A stretch of DNA of 64,000 nucleotides, from positions 64,001 to 128,000 of the forward strand of contig CBDBOV010000004.1 of NCBI GenBank assembly GCA_965208575.1. Direction: 5' to 3'. The notes beneath the pieces were generated by a model, which worked only from the letters and a program-made list of their open reading frames with translations, made no database searches and was not told the DNA's origin. The position numbers were made by a program, and so were the translations under genes. This document shows, in pieces, positions 30,918 through 40,156 of the stretch. The stretch's first letter is position 1; each line of letters begins with the position of its first letter. Origin of the DNA: Spirochaetia bacterium. GTDB lineage: Bacteria; Spirochaetota; Spirochaetia; SZUA-6; Bin103.

Positions 30918-31472
30918 TTGTGGCACAAGTTGCTGCGAGACGCAAGGTTGCATCAAGTACTGCTGGAGGCGGACCGGGAGATCGCGAGCGAGACGCGAGC
31001 GAAGGGGTGCCCGGCGTGCGGCGGTCGGCTGCACGTGGCGACCTACGAACGCAAGCCGCGCAGCGGAGTGCAGCTGCCGGCGGAGTACGACAAACGGTTC
31101 AGTTTCTGTTGCGCGAAAGACGGGTGCCGGAAACGGGTGACGCCGGCGTCGCTGCGGTTTCTGGGGCGGCGTGTGTACTTGGGACTGATCGTGGTGCTGG
31201 TACCGGTGTTGCGGCATGGGCCGAGCCCGACGCGGGTACGGCGGTTGCGAGAACTGGTGGGGGTGAGCCGGCGCACGGTGGAGCGCTGGTGCCGGTGGTG
31301 GAGGAGCGAGTTCGTGCAGACGCCGTTCTGGCGGCTGGCGCAGGGAGAGTTCGCGGAACCGGTGGCGCCCGAAGAGCTGCCGAGTTCCCTGCTGCAGGGG
31401 TTCGGCGGTGATGACGAGAGCAAGCTGGTGGGCGCGCTGAGATTCCTGGGACCGCTGAGCGGGACGGCATAA
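30918..31472 (+). CDS. Transposon accessory protein with Zn-ribbon and HTH
   Basis: CPACGG...FSFCCAKDGCRKR; HTH-like RLRELVGVSRRTVERW; GGAGG before TTG 30918. Confidence 0.75.
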   Translation: MWHKLLRDARLHQVLLEADREIASETRAKGCPACGGRLHVATYERKPRSGVQLPAEYDKRFSFCCAKDGCRKRVTPASLRFLGRRVYLGLIVVLVPVLRHGPSPTRVRRLRELVGVSRRTVERWCRWWRSEFVQTPFWRLAQGEFAEPVAPEELPSSLLQGFGGDDESKLVGALRFLGPLSGTA

Positions 31473-31580
31473 GGAGCAACATTTCTGCGGGGCGGGGGCA
31501 ATCCGCAGAAGTTGGCCGTCGGCGGCTTTGGAGCAGGCGGCTACGGTAGCGCATATCCGACGGAACGGAGGGCGTTACCG

Positions 31581-33047
31581 ATGAGCGAGAGGACAGAGTC
31601 CGGGGTGCACGAACGCTGGGCACATTTTCGGTTCGCGGTGGTTGGCAGGCTGCTGGCAGCACCGCCGGCGCGGGGCCAACTGCGTGCGGAACTGGAGCGG
31701 CTGGCGGCGCGCACCTGGAAGCACCCGGTGACCGGCAAGCCGACGCGGTTCGCCTACGCCACCATCGAACGCTGGTACCTGGTGGCGCGCAACGCCGGTC
31801 AGGATCCGGTGGCGGCGCTACGGCGCAAGGTGCGCAAGGACGCCGGTCGGCAGAGAACGATGGCAGACGAACTGCGGCGAGCGGTGCGGGCTCAGTATCG
31901 AGAGCACCCGAGTTGGAGCGCGCAGTTGCACTACGACAACCTGGTGACGCTGGCCGAGAGCAACCGCGAGCTGAGGCCGGTGCCGTCCTATTGGACCGTG
32001 CGACGGTTCATGAAGGCGCACGGCCTGGCGCGACGCCCGCGGCGCGGCGCCCGCAACACGGTCGGCGCCGAGCGTGCCGCGGCGCGCCTGGAGGAGCGCG
32101 AGGTGCGCAGCTACGAAGTCGAATACGTCGGCGGTTTGTGGCACTGGGACTACCATCACGGCTCCCTGAAGGTGGTGACCGCGCAAGGCGAGTGGGAGAG
32201 GCCGCTGATGTTCGGCGTGCTGGACGACCGCTCGCGCCTTGCCTGCCACGTGCAATGGTATCTGGGCGAGACCGCGGAGAACACGGCGCACGGACTGATG
32301 CAGGCGTTCGCCAAGCGTGGCCTGCCGCGCGCCGGCATGAGTGACAACGGCGGTGCGATGACGGCGGCTGAGATCGTCGAGGGACTGCCCCGATTGGGCA
32401 TCGTGCATGAGACCACGCTGCCCTACAGCCCCTACCAGAACGGCAAGCAGGAAGCGTTCTGGGGCCAAGTCGAGGGGCGACTGCTGGCGATGCTTGAAGG
32501 CGTCGGGGACCTGAGCCTGGCGCTGCTGAACGAGGCCACCCAGGCGTGGGTGGAACGGGAATACAACCGCAAACGGCATGCCGAGACCGGGCAAACGCCG
32601 GCGGCACGCTGGCTGGCGGGCCCGGAGGTATTGCGCGCGGCGCCCGCCAGTGCGGCGTTGCGGATCGCCTTCACGCGCGCCGCGACCCGCACCCTGCGGC
32701 GCAGCGACGCCACGGTTTCAATCGAGGGCCGCCGCTTCGAGGTGCCCAACCGCTACCGGCACCTGCGGCGCATCGCGGTGCGCTATGCCGCCTGGGATCT
32801 CACTACCGTGCATCAGGTCGACGAGCACACCGGCACCGTGCTGTGCCGCCTGTACCCGCAGGACAAAACCAGCAACGCCAGTGGCCTGCGCCGCGCGCTC
32901 GAGCCGGTCTCCGACGAACCGCCCGCACCACCGGCTGCGCCGGCGACCCGGATGGCGCCGCTGCTTGCCAAACTGATCGCCGAACGCGCCGCCAGCGGCC
33001 TGCCGCCGGCCTATCTGCCCAAGGACGAACAAGGAGCCGCCCAATGA
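31581..33047 (+). CDS. DDE integrase-core transposase (IS481/Mu-like, with Mu C-terminal-like domain)
   Basis: LWHWDYHH, GVLDDRSR, SDNGGAM, PYSPYQNGKQE and EYNRKRH.ETGQTP. Confidence 0.9.
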   Translation: MSERTESGVHERWAHFRFAVVGRLLAAPPARGQLRAELERLAARTWKHPVTGKPTRFAYATIERWYLVARNAGQDPVAALRRKVRKDAGRQRTMADELRRAVRAQYREHPSWSAQLHYDNLVTLAESNRELRPVPSYWTVRRFMKAHGLARRPRRGARNTVGAERAAARLEEREVRSYEVEYVGGLWHWDYHHGSLKVVTAQGEWERPLMFGVLDDRSRLACHVQWYLGETAENTAHGLMQAFAKRGLPRAGMSDNGGAMTAAEIVEGLPRLGIVHETTLPYSPYQNGKQEAFWGQVEGRLLAMLEGVGDLSLALLNEATQAWVEREYNRKRHAETGQTPAARWLAGPEVLRAAPASAALRIAFTRAATRTLRRSDATVSIEGRRFEVPNRYRHLRRIAVRYAAWDLTTVHQVDEHTGTVLCRLYPQDKTSNASGLRRALEPVSDEPPAPPAAPATRMAPLLAKLIAERAASGLPPAYLPKDEQGAAQ

Positions 33048-33883
33048 ACCGAAAGCTGTTGTCTCTCTACGGTCTGAAATGGAACCCGTTTGGTCCCGAC
33101 GTGCCGACCGAGGCGCTGCATGTCAGCCCCGCCGTCGAGTCCTTCTGCTGGCGCATCGCGCAGCTCTCCGGCGAAGGCGGCTTTGCGCTCGTCACCGGCA
33201 GTCCCGGCACCGGCAAGTCGGTCACCCTGCGCATTCTCGCTGACCGGCTCATGGCTCAGCGCGACGTCAAGGTCGGCGTCCTGTCCCGGCCACAGGCTGG
33301 CCTGCATGACTTCTACCGCGAGATGGGCGACCTGTTCGGCGTCGAGTTGCGACCCCACAACCGCTGGGCCGGCGCCAAGCTCCTGCGCAATCGCTGGCAG
33401 ACCCATATCGACTCTGCTCTGCTGCGTCCTGTCCTGCTCGTCGATGAGGCGCAGGAGACCGCGCCGTCGGTGTTGAATGAACTGCGCCTGCTGTGCCAGG
33501 CACAACTCGACTCCCATCTCCTGCTCACCGTCATCCTGGCCGGCGACCGCCGCCTCAGCCAGCGCCTGGAGGCGGAGGAACTGCTGCCCCTGGACAGCCG
33601 TATCAGGGTCCGCCTCTCATTGTCTCGCGCCAGCTCCGAACAACTGCTCGCCTGCCTCCGCCATGCCCTCTCCAAGGCCGGCGCGGCGCCGCTCATCACC
33701 CCTGAACTATGCGCAACCCTGTGTGACCACGCAGCCGGCAACTATCGCGCTCTGTTCAACATGGCCGGCGAGTTGCTGGCCGTCGCCGCACACCATGACC
33801 TCGACCGTCTTGATGAGAACCTGTTCCTGGAGACCTTCGCGGCGCCTCCCTCCGACGCCGACGGCGCCGGGCGCTGGCGATGA
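33044..33883 (+). CDS. ExeA/GspA-like AAA ATPase (TnsC/MuB-like regulator)
   Basis: YGLKWNPF, GSPGTGKS, LLVDEAQ and VILAG; ATGA coupling to the transposase. Confidence 0.88.
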   Translation: MNRKLLSLYGLKWNPFGPDVPTEALHVSPAVESFCWRIAQLSGEGGFALVTGSPGTGKSVTLRILADRLMAQRDVKVGVLSRPQAGLHDFYREMGDLFGVELRPHNRWAGAKLLRNRWQTHIDSALLRPVLLVDEAQETAPSVLNELRLLCQAQLDSHLLLTVILAGDRRLSQRLEAEELLPLDSRIRVRLSLSRASSEQLLACLRHALSKAGAAPLITPELCATLCDHAAGNYRALFNMAGELLAVAAHHDLDRLDENLFLETFAAPPSDADGAGRWR

Positions 33884-34851
33884 ACCTCCTCCCCGTCGTC
33901 CCCGCCCATCGCCTCGCCGTCCGCCCCGAGCAGCACCGCTGGCTGGTCACCGGTCTCTGGGCCGAGCAGGCGGTGGGTATTGTCGGAGGCGAGCCCAAGT
34001 CCTATAAATCATTCCTGGCTCTCGACCTCGCCGTCGCCGTCGCGGCCGGCTCCCCGTGCCTGCGCCGCTTCCCCGTGCCCACCCCAGGTCGCGTCCTGCT
34101 CTACGCCGCTGAGGACGCCCTCGAGGTCGTCCGTCTCCGCCTCGACGGCATCTGCGGCGCCGCAGGCGTCCCCCTCCGCGGCCTCGACCTCCAGGTCATC
34201 ACCGCCCCCTCCCTCCGCCTTGATCTGCCCGCCGATCGCCTCCGCCTCGAACACACCGTCGCCTCTCTGGGGCCGCGCCTGCTCATCCTCGATCCCTTCG
34301 TCCGACTGCATTGCGGCGATGAAAACTCGGCCGCCGAGGTCGCTCCCTTGCTCGCCTTTCTGCGCCATCTCCAGCGTCAACATCATCTCGCCGTCGTCGT
34401 CGTCCATCACGCCAAGAAGGGCGCCGGCCGCCTCCGCGACGGCCAGGCTCTGCGCGGCTCTTCGGAGTTCCACGCCTGGGGCGACTGCAACCTCTTTCTC
34501 CGCCGTCACCGCGATGATCTCACTCTCTCCGTCGAGCATCGCGCTGCTCCTTCTCCTGACCCGATCCCGCTCACCCTCTCCGCCGACGGTGACGCGCTCG
34601 CCTTGGCCGTCACCGACCGCACCGCTCTCACCAACCCTTCCTCGATGTCACTCGATGACCGCATCACCGCCGTTCTCGCCGATTCCGCCGCTCCCCTCCC
34701 CGTCGCACAACTGCGCCCACTCTGCCGCGTCCGCAACGCCACCCTTTACCGCCGTCTCGCTGCACTCTGCCGCGACGGCATTCTCGTCAAGTCGACCGCC
34801 GGCTACCGCCTCGCTTCTCCACCGGCCGCTACCGCTTCCCGTCCCCTCTAG
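33880..34851 (+). CDS. AAA_25 / RepA-like RecA-fold helicase with C-terminal wHTH
   Basis: GGEPKSYKS, VLLYAAED, LLILDP, DENS, VVVHHAKK and LRGSSEF; ATGA coupling. Confidence 0.85.
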   Translation: MNLLPVVPAHRLAVRPEQHRWLVTGLWAEQAVGIVGGEPKSYKSFLALDLAVAVAAGSPCLRRFPVPTPGRVLLYAAEDALEVVRLRLDGICGAAGVPLRGLDLQVITAPSLRLDLPADRLRLEHTVASLGPRLLILDPFVRLHCGDENSAAEVAPLLAFLRHLQRQHHLAVVVVHHAKKGAGRLRDGQALRGSSEFHAWGDCNLFLRRHRDDLTLSVEHRAAPSPDPIPLTLSADGDALALAVTDRTALTNPSSMSLDDRITAVLADSAAPLPVAQLRPLCRVRNATLYRRLAALCRDGILVKSTAGYRLASPPAATASRPL

Positions 34852-34927
34852 GCCGCCCGGGAACGGCATTCGGGAACACCATCAATTTCCGTGCTCACCA
34901 CCCCATCCATGAGCGCGCTCACGCTCA

Positions 34928-35599
34928 CCCGTACAGCGGCCAGGTGAAGTGGTAGCGGTCCCACGAGTCGCCGTATTGCTCGCGGTAGCGCGCCGGGCAG
35001 TCGAACGGCTCGTGCGGGTCGAACACCTCCAGGTGCAGGTGCCAGTCCCGGGCGTCGTGGTTGCGGTCGATGAAGTCGATGGCGCGCGCGAAGCACTGCG
35101 GCGTCGAGTAGTCCTCGTCACGCTCCATGGGTGCCCAGGTCTGGTTGCGCCAGTAGCCCCAGCGGCACGGCCCCTCCAGGCCGCGCGCCCCCTCCGGCTT
35201 GGCCGGCTCCTGCACCAGCGGCCGCCAAGTGTCGCCCTCCTGCCCGCGCACGAACTCCCACGAGCTGTAGATGGTGTTGTAGCCCTCGCCGCCGGAGTGG
35301 AAGTAGTGGTAGTGGTCGGTGATCATGTGGCTGTACACGCCGCGCCGCTCGCGCAGCATGGCCGGCAGGCACTCGTCCCACGGCTGCACCGGGCTCCACG
35401 GCGTCTCCAGGAAGTTGACCCGCCCGGTCAGCATCTCGCGCCGCGCCGGCATGCACGGCAGCGAGCCGGCGAAGTGGTTGTCGAATACCGTCCCCCGTTC
35501 CGCCAGCCGGTCGATGTTGGGCGTGATGGCGAACTCGTTCCCGTAGCAGCGCAGGTAATGCCGGTTCAGCGAATCCATGATGATGAAGATCGTTCTCAC
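34928..35599 (-). pseudogene. Sulfatase, N-terminal part
   Basis: IIMDSLNR, TPNIDRLA, formylglycine motif CMPAR and FDPHEPF; ends at a TGA supplied by the transposon end. Confidence 0.9.
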
Positions 35600-35766
35600 G
35601 TTGTGGTCCTCGTGGGCGGATGACTCCGGTCCGCCGCAGCGTGTCGGCTGTCCGCCGGCGCCGTGCGGTGCGGCGCGCCATGATTAGCGGCGGAGCGCAT
35701 TATGCCATACACTGTCCGCAACTGACCGCACGCGACGTACGCGCGCTGTGGCGAGGAGGCATAGGA

Positions 35767-37839
35767 ATGACGAAACGGATCGCGATTCGGGTGCCCGTGG
35801 CGGCGGCCCTGGTGGCGCTGGCGGCGGCAGCAGCCTTCGCCGGCGGCGCCGACGAGGGCACGCAGGCGGCGGGCGAAGCCGTTGGCGGAACGCTGGCGGC
35901 GGGGGCCGGCATGACCTTCGACCACGAGTGGGACTCGCTGCGCACGTTCGTGACGGTGTCCGAGTACGCCACCCAGACCGGCAACGCCGTGGGCGAGTAC
36001 CATGAAGCACCGGAGCTGGCGGCGCGGGTAGCGGAGGGATCGCTGCCGCCGGTCGCGGACCGGTTGCCCGACGATCCGGCGCTGGTGGTGCCCTACCACG
36101 AGATCGGCCAGTACGGCGGCACCGCGTTCATCGGCCGCATGAGCCGGCTGAACTGGTCCGACGCACAGATGATAGGTATCAGCTACGAACCGGTCACGCG
36201 GCTCGCCTCCGACCACCGCTCGGTGGTGTGCAACGTGTGCGCGGCGTGGGAGATGAGCGACGACGCGCAGACCGTGACCATCCACCTGCGGCCCGGCATG
36301 CACTGGTCGGACGGCGACGGCTTCGACGCCGACGACATCATGTTCTGGTACCAGGACGTGATGCTCAACGAAGAGCTGACCCCGCGCCAGCCACGCCGCT
36401 GGGCTCCCGGCGGCAGCTTCGTGCAGGTGGAGAAGGTGGGCGACCACACCGTGACCCTGAACTTCGCGGCGCCGTTTCCCAACTGGGCGCCGTCGATGGC
36501 CACCACCATGGGCGGCGACATGCTGCTGCCGCGCCACTACCTGGAGGGCTTCCACGCCGACTACACCGACCGCGCGAAGCTGGAGGAGCGTGCCAAGGAG
36601 GAGGGTTTCGAGTCGTGGACCAAGTTCTTCGGCCAGACCAAGCAGTCCTGGGCCACCATCGTGCCGCGCTACAATCCCGAACTGCCCACAATCCTGCCGT
36701 TCCATCTCACCGAGTACGCCACCGACGTCTCGCAGTGGCAGCGCAATCCCTACTACTGGAAGGTGGACCCGGCCGGCAACCAGCTCCCCTACATGGAACG
36801 CATCGTGGTCACCAACGTCGAGGACCTGGAGGTGTGGAACGGCAAGACCCTGGCCGGCGAGTATACCATGAGCGGCTTCCTCACCTCGGTGGAGGACTTC
36901 GCCCTGTTCAAGGAGAACGAGGAGGACGGCGACTACCGGGTGATCAACTGGCCCACCGCGTTCGCGGCCGCGGTCAACTACGAGCCCAACCTCACCGCTC
37001 CCGACATGGACCTGCGCCCCATCTTCCAGGACGTGCGATTCCGCCGCGCCCTGTCGCTGGCGATCAACCGCGACGAGATCAACCAGGTGGTGTTCTTCGG
37101 CCTTGGCGAGCCGGCGCAGATGACCCTGCTGCCCACCTCCAAGTACTACGAGGAGAGCTTCGCGCAGTCGTGGGCGCAGTACGACCCCGACGCCGCCAAC
37201 GCGTTGCTGGACGAGATGGGGCTGGAGTGGGACGCGCGCAACGAGCACCGGCTGCTGCCGAACGGCAAGCGGCTCTCCTTCGCCGTCGAGTACATCAACG
37301 TGGAGACGCCCAAGACGCGCGTCTCGGAGTTGGTGGCCGAGCACTGGGCGGCGATCGGCGTGGAGGCGATCCTCAAGGAGGAGGGGCGGCGGCTGGTCAA
37401 CGAGCGGGTGGCCGCCAACCAGATCTCCTTCAGCCTCGCGCACGGTTTCGGCAGCAACGATCTGCACTTCGAGTCGGGGCGTATGCAGTGGTTCGTGCCC
37501 ACCTCGGTGGGTTGGGCCAATCCGTGGGCCGTGGAGTGGGGGCGCTGGTACCAGTCCGGCGGCGCCGAGGGCGAGGAGCCTCCGGCCGAGATCCAGGAGC
37601 TGCAGCGGCTGCGCGACCAGTTCCTGATCGAGCCGGACGAGGCGGAAAGGATCCGCATCGGCAAGCAGATCCTGCAGTCGCAGGCGGACAACCTGTGGAC
37701 CATCGGCACGGTGCGCCTGATCCCGCAGCCACTGGTGATCAAGAACCGCGTCGGCAACTTTCCCGAGCGCGGGCTGTGGGGCTACAGCGTGATCTGGACC
37801 TTCCCGCACCATCCCGAGCAGTTCTACCTCAAGCAGTAG
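35767..37839 (+). CDS. ABC transporter substrate-binding protein, family 5
   Basis: Signal peptide, EAPELA..V..GSLPPVADRLP, RNPYYWKVDPAGNQLPY and RFRRALSLAINR; RBS GAGGAGG. Confidence 0.92.
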   Translation: MTKRIAIRVPVAAALVALAAAAAFAGGADEGTQAAGEAVGGTLAAGAGMTFDHEWDSLRTFVTVSEYATQTGNAVGEYHEAPELAARVAEGSLPPVADRLPDDPALVVPYHEIGQYGGTAFIGRMSRLNWSDAQMIGISYEPVTRLASDHRSVVCNVCAAWEMSDDAQTVTIHLRPGMHWSDGDGFDADDIMFWYQDVMLNEELTPRQPRRWAPGGSFVQVEKVGDHTVTLNFAAPFPNWAPSMATTMGGDMLLPRHYLEGFHADYTDRAKLEERAKEEGFESWTKFFGQTKQSWATIVPRYNPELPTILPFHLTEYATDVSQWQRNPYYWKVDPAGNQLPYMERIVVTNVEDLEVWNGKTLAGEYTMSGFLTSVEDFALFKENEEDGDYRVINWPTAFAAAVNYEPNLTAPDMDLRPIFQDVRFRRALSLAINRDEINQVVFFGLGEPAQMTLLPTSKYYEESFAQSWAQYDPDAANALLDEMGLEWDARNEHRLLPNGKRLSFAVEYINVETPKTRVSELVAEHWAAIGVEAILKEEGRRLVNERVAANQISFSLAHGFGSNDLHFESGRMQWFVPTSVGWANPWAVEWGRWYQSGGAEGEEPPAEIQELQRLRDQFLIEPDEAERIRIGKQILQSQADNLWTIGTVRLIPQPLVIKNRVGNFPERGLWGYSVIWTFPHHPEQFYLKQ

Positions 37840-37905
37840 CGCTGCCCGGAGCCGCCGGCGGCTCCCGGGCCGCTTCCGGGACCGCCGGCGCGGGTTGAGA
37901 GAGCG

Positions 37906-38901
37906 ATGGCCGCTTACGTCGTCCGGCGGGTGATCTACGCCGTGGTCACGCTGCTGGTGATCTCGGTGGTAGCATACGTCATCATCCAGTTGCCGCCCGG
38001 CGACTATCTCACTTCCTACATCATGCGCCTGGAGATGCAGGGCGGCGAGGTGACCGACGCCGAGGTGGAGACCCTGAAGCGCGAGTACGGCTTCGACCTG
38101 CCGCCGCACCTGCGCTACTTCAAGTGGATGGCCAACCTGCTGCGCGGCGACCTCGGGCGATCCTTCTTCTACAACCGGCCGGTGCTGGAGCTGCTCGCCG
38201 AGCGGCTGCCGCTGAGCCTCCTGGTGTCGTTGCTGGCGCTGCTGTTCACCTACTTGGTGTCGATCCCGGTCGGCATCTACTCCGCCACCCACCAGTACTC
38301 GCTGTGGGACTACACGCTGAGCCTCGTCGGCTTCGTCGGTCTGGCCACGCCCAATTTCATCCTCGCCCTGCTGTTGATGTTCTTCTTTTTCAAGACCTTC
38401 GGCCTCAGCATCGGCGGCCTGTTCTCGCCCGAGTACCTGCTGGAGCCGTGGAGCTGGGGCAAGTTCGTGGATCTGCTCAAGCATCTGCCGGTGCCGGTGA
38501 TCGTGATCGGCACCGCCGGCACCGCCGGCCTGATCCGGGTAATGCGCGGACTGATGCTGGACGAGATGGCCAAGCAGTATGTGGTCACTGCCCGCGCCAA
38601 GGGGGTGGCGGAGCGGCGCCTGCTGTTCAAGTACCCGGTACGGGTTTCGCTGAACCCGATAGTCAGCACCATCGGCTGGACGCTGCCGGCGATCGTGTCG
38701 GGGCAGACCATCACCGCCATCGTGCTCAGCCTGCCCACGGTGGGACCGCTGCTGCTGGAAGCGCTGGTCAACGAGGACATCATCCTGGCCGGCAGCGTGG
38801 TGATGATCCTCAGCTTCCTGACCGTGCTCGGTACGCTGCTGTCCGACCTGCTGCTGGTGGTGCTGGACCCGCGCATCCGCTTCGAGGGCGGCAGCCGCTG
38901 A
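37906..38901 (+). CDS. ABC permease, DppB type
   Basis: IIQLPPGDY, GDLGRS, TARAKG and LDPRIR. Confidence 0.92.
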   Translation: MAAYVVRRVIYAVVTLLVISVVAYVIIQLPPGDYLTSYIMRLEMQGGEVTDAEVETLKREYGFDLPPHLRYFKWMANLLRGDLGRSFFYNRPVLELLAERLPLSLLVSLLALLFTYLVSIPVGIYSATHQYSLWDYTLSLVGFVGLATPNFILALLLMFFFFKTFGLSIGGLFSPEYLLEPWSWGKFVDLLKHLPVPVIVIGTAGTAGLIRVMRGLMLDEMAKQYVVTARAKGVAERRLLFKYPVRVSLNPIVSTIGWTLPAIVSGQTITAIVLSLPTVGPLLLEALVNEDIILAGSVVMILSFLTVLGTLLSDLLLVVLDPRIRFEGGSR

Positions 38902-38920
38902 TGCGTCCGGGGACGGGGTC

Positions 38921-40051
38921 GTGAGGCTCCGCACCACCGCCCGCGCCGGGGCGGCGGCACCGTCGGCGAGCGAGCGCTACTACCTGGCCTCGCAGTGGCA
39001 GCTCGCCTGGCGCAAGCTGATCCGCCACCGGCTGGCGCTGGTGGGAGGCGGCGTGCTGCTTCTGCTGTACGTGGCGGCGCTGTTCGCCGGGTTCGTCGCG
39101 CCCTACGGCCCGTTCACCCGCAACAACGACTTCATCAACGCACCGCCGACTCGGCTGCGCTTCCTGTCCGAGGATGGGCTGCACCTGCGTCCGTTCGTGT
39201 ACGCCGTGCGCGGCGAGGTCGACATGGAGTCGCTGCGCCGGCTCTACGCGGAGGACACCTCGCGCCGCTATCCGCTGTCCCTACTGGTGCGCGGCGAGCC
39301 GTACCGGCTGTTGGGGTTGATCGAGACCGACCGCCGCCTGTTCGGGGTGGAGGCGCCGGGCGTGATCTACCTGTTCGGCACCGACGACCTGGGCCGCGAC
39401 ATGTTCGCCCGCGTGCTGCACGCCGGCCGCATCTCGCTGTCGATCGGCCTCCTGGGGGTCGCGTTCAGCTTCGTGCTCGGCCTGCTGTTCGGTGGCCTGT
39501 CCGGCTATTACGGCGGCGCCGTCGACCTGGTGATCCAGCGCGTGGTGGAGTTCCTGATCAGCATCCCGCAGATCCCGCTGTGGATGGCGTTGAGCGCCGC
39601 GCTGCCGGCCAACTGGCCGCCGCTCCGGGTCTACTTCGGCATCACGCTGATTCTGTCGATCGTCGGCTGGACCGGCCTGGCGCGGGTGGTTCGCGGCAAG
39701 CTGCTGGAGCTGCGCGAGAGCGACTTCGTGATGGCCGCACGGGTGGCCGGCGCGCTGGACGGCGCCATCATTCGTCGCCACCTGCTACCGTCGTTCATGA
39801 GCTACCTCATTGTCAGCCTCACCCTGGCGGTGCCCGGCATGATCCTGGGCGAGACCGCGCTGAGCTTCCTGGGCCTGGGTCTGCGGCCGCCGGTAGTGAG
39901 CTGGGGCGTGCTGCTACAGAAGGCGCAGAACCTGCGCACCGTGGCGCTGCACCCCTGGCTGCTGATCCCGGCCGGCTTCGTGGTCGTCACGGTGCTGGCC
40001 TTCAACTTCCTCGGCGACGGCCTGCGCGACGCCGCCGATCCTTACAAGTAG
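38921..40051 (+). CDS. ABC permease, DppC type
   Basis: FGTDDLGRD, HLLPSF, ETALSFLGLG and GDGLRDAADP. Confidence 0.92.
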   Translation: MRLRTTARAGAAAPSASERYYLASQWQLAWRKLIRHRLALVGGGVLLLLYVAALFAGFVAPYGPFTRNNDFINAPPTRLRFLSEDGLHLRPFVYAVRGEVDMESLRRLYAEDTSRRYPLSLLVRGEPYRLLGLIETDRRLFGVEAPGVIYLFGTDDLGRDMFARVLHAGRISLSIGLLGVAFSFVLGLLFGGLSGYYGGAVDLVIQRVVEFLISIPQIPLWMALSAALPANWPPLRVYFGITLILSIVGWTGLARVVRGKLLELRESDFVMAARVAGALDGAIIRRHLLPSFMSYLIVSLTLAVPGMILGETALSFLGLGLRPPVVSWGVLLQKAQNLRTVALHPWLLIPAGFVVVTVLAFNFLGDGLRDAADPYK

Positions 40052-40156
40052 TACAAGCCCGGCAAGGACGGTGCCGAGCTTGGCGGCCGCAACGATGGGT
40101 GCTATTGTTGGTGAACACGGCTGAGAGATGGTTACCCTCGGGCCGTGCACTTAGGC

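Larger units (their letters stand above)
30768..34927 (+). mobile_element. Four-gene DDE transposon (Zn/HTH protein, Mu/IS481-like transposase, ExeA-like ATPase, AAA_25 helicase-like protein)
   Basis: Direct repeat CCCG(TA) at 30764 and 34928. Removing the insert restores the sulfatase frame FTWPLYG-RLDPE. Sub-terminal inverted motif G(G/A)GCACG(G)AAATT at both ends. Confidence 0.9.

Noticed and set aside
29960-30928. 322-aa ORF as an intact gene
   Set aside because: Chimera of antisense transposon-end sequence and the sulfatase C-terminal half.
30768-34927. IS21 or CAST/Tn7 assignment
   Set aside because: The ATPase is ExeA-like rather than IstB-like; no TniQ/TnsD, TnsA or Cas genes.
35596-38937. 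1113-aa minus-strand ORF
   Set aside because: Shadow of the SBP and permease genes; the same applies to 12698-14665, 19247-20845 and 44238-46514.
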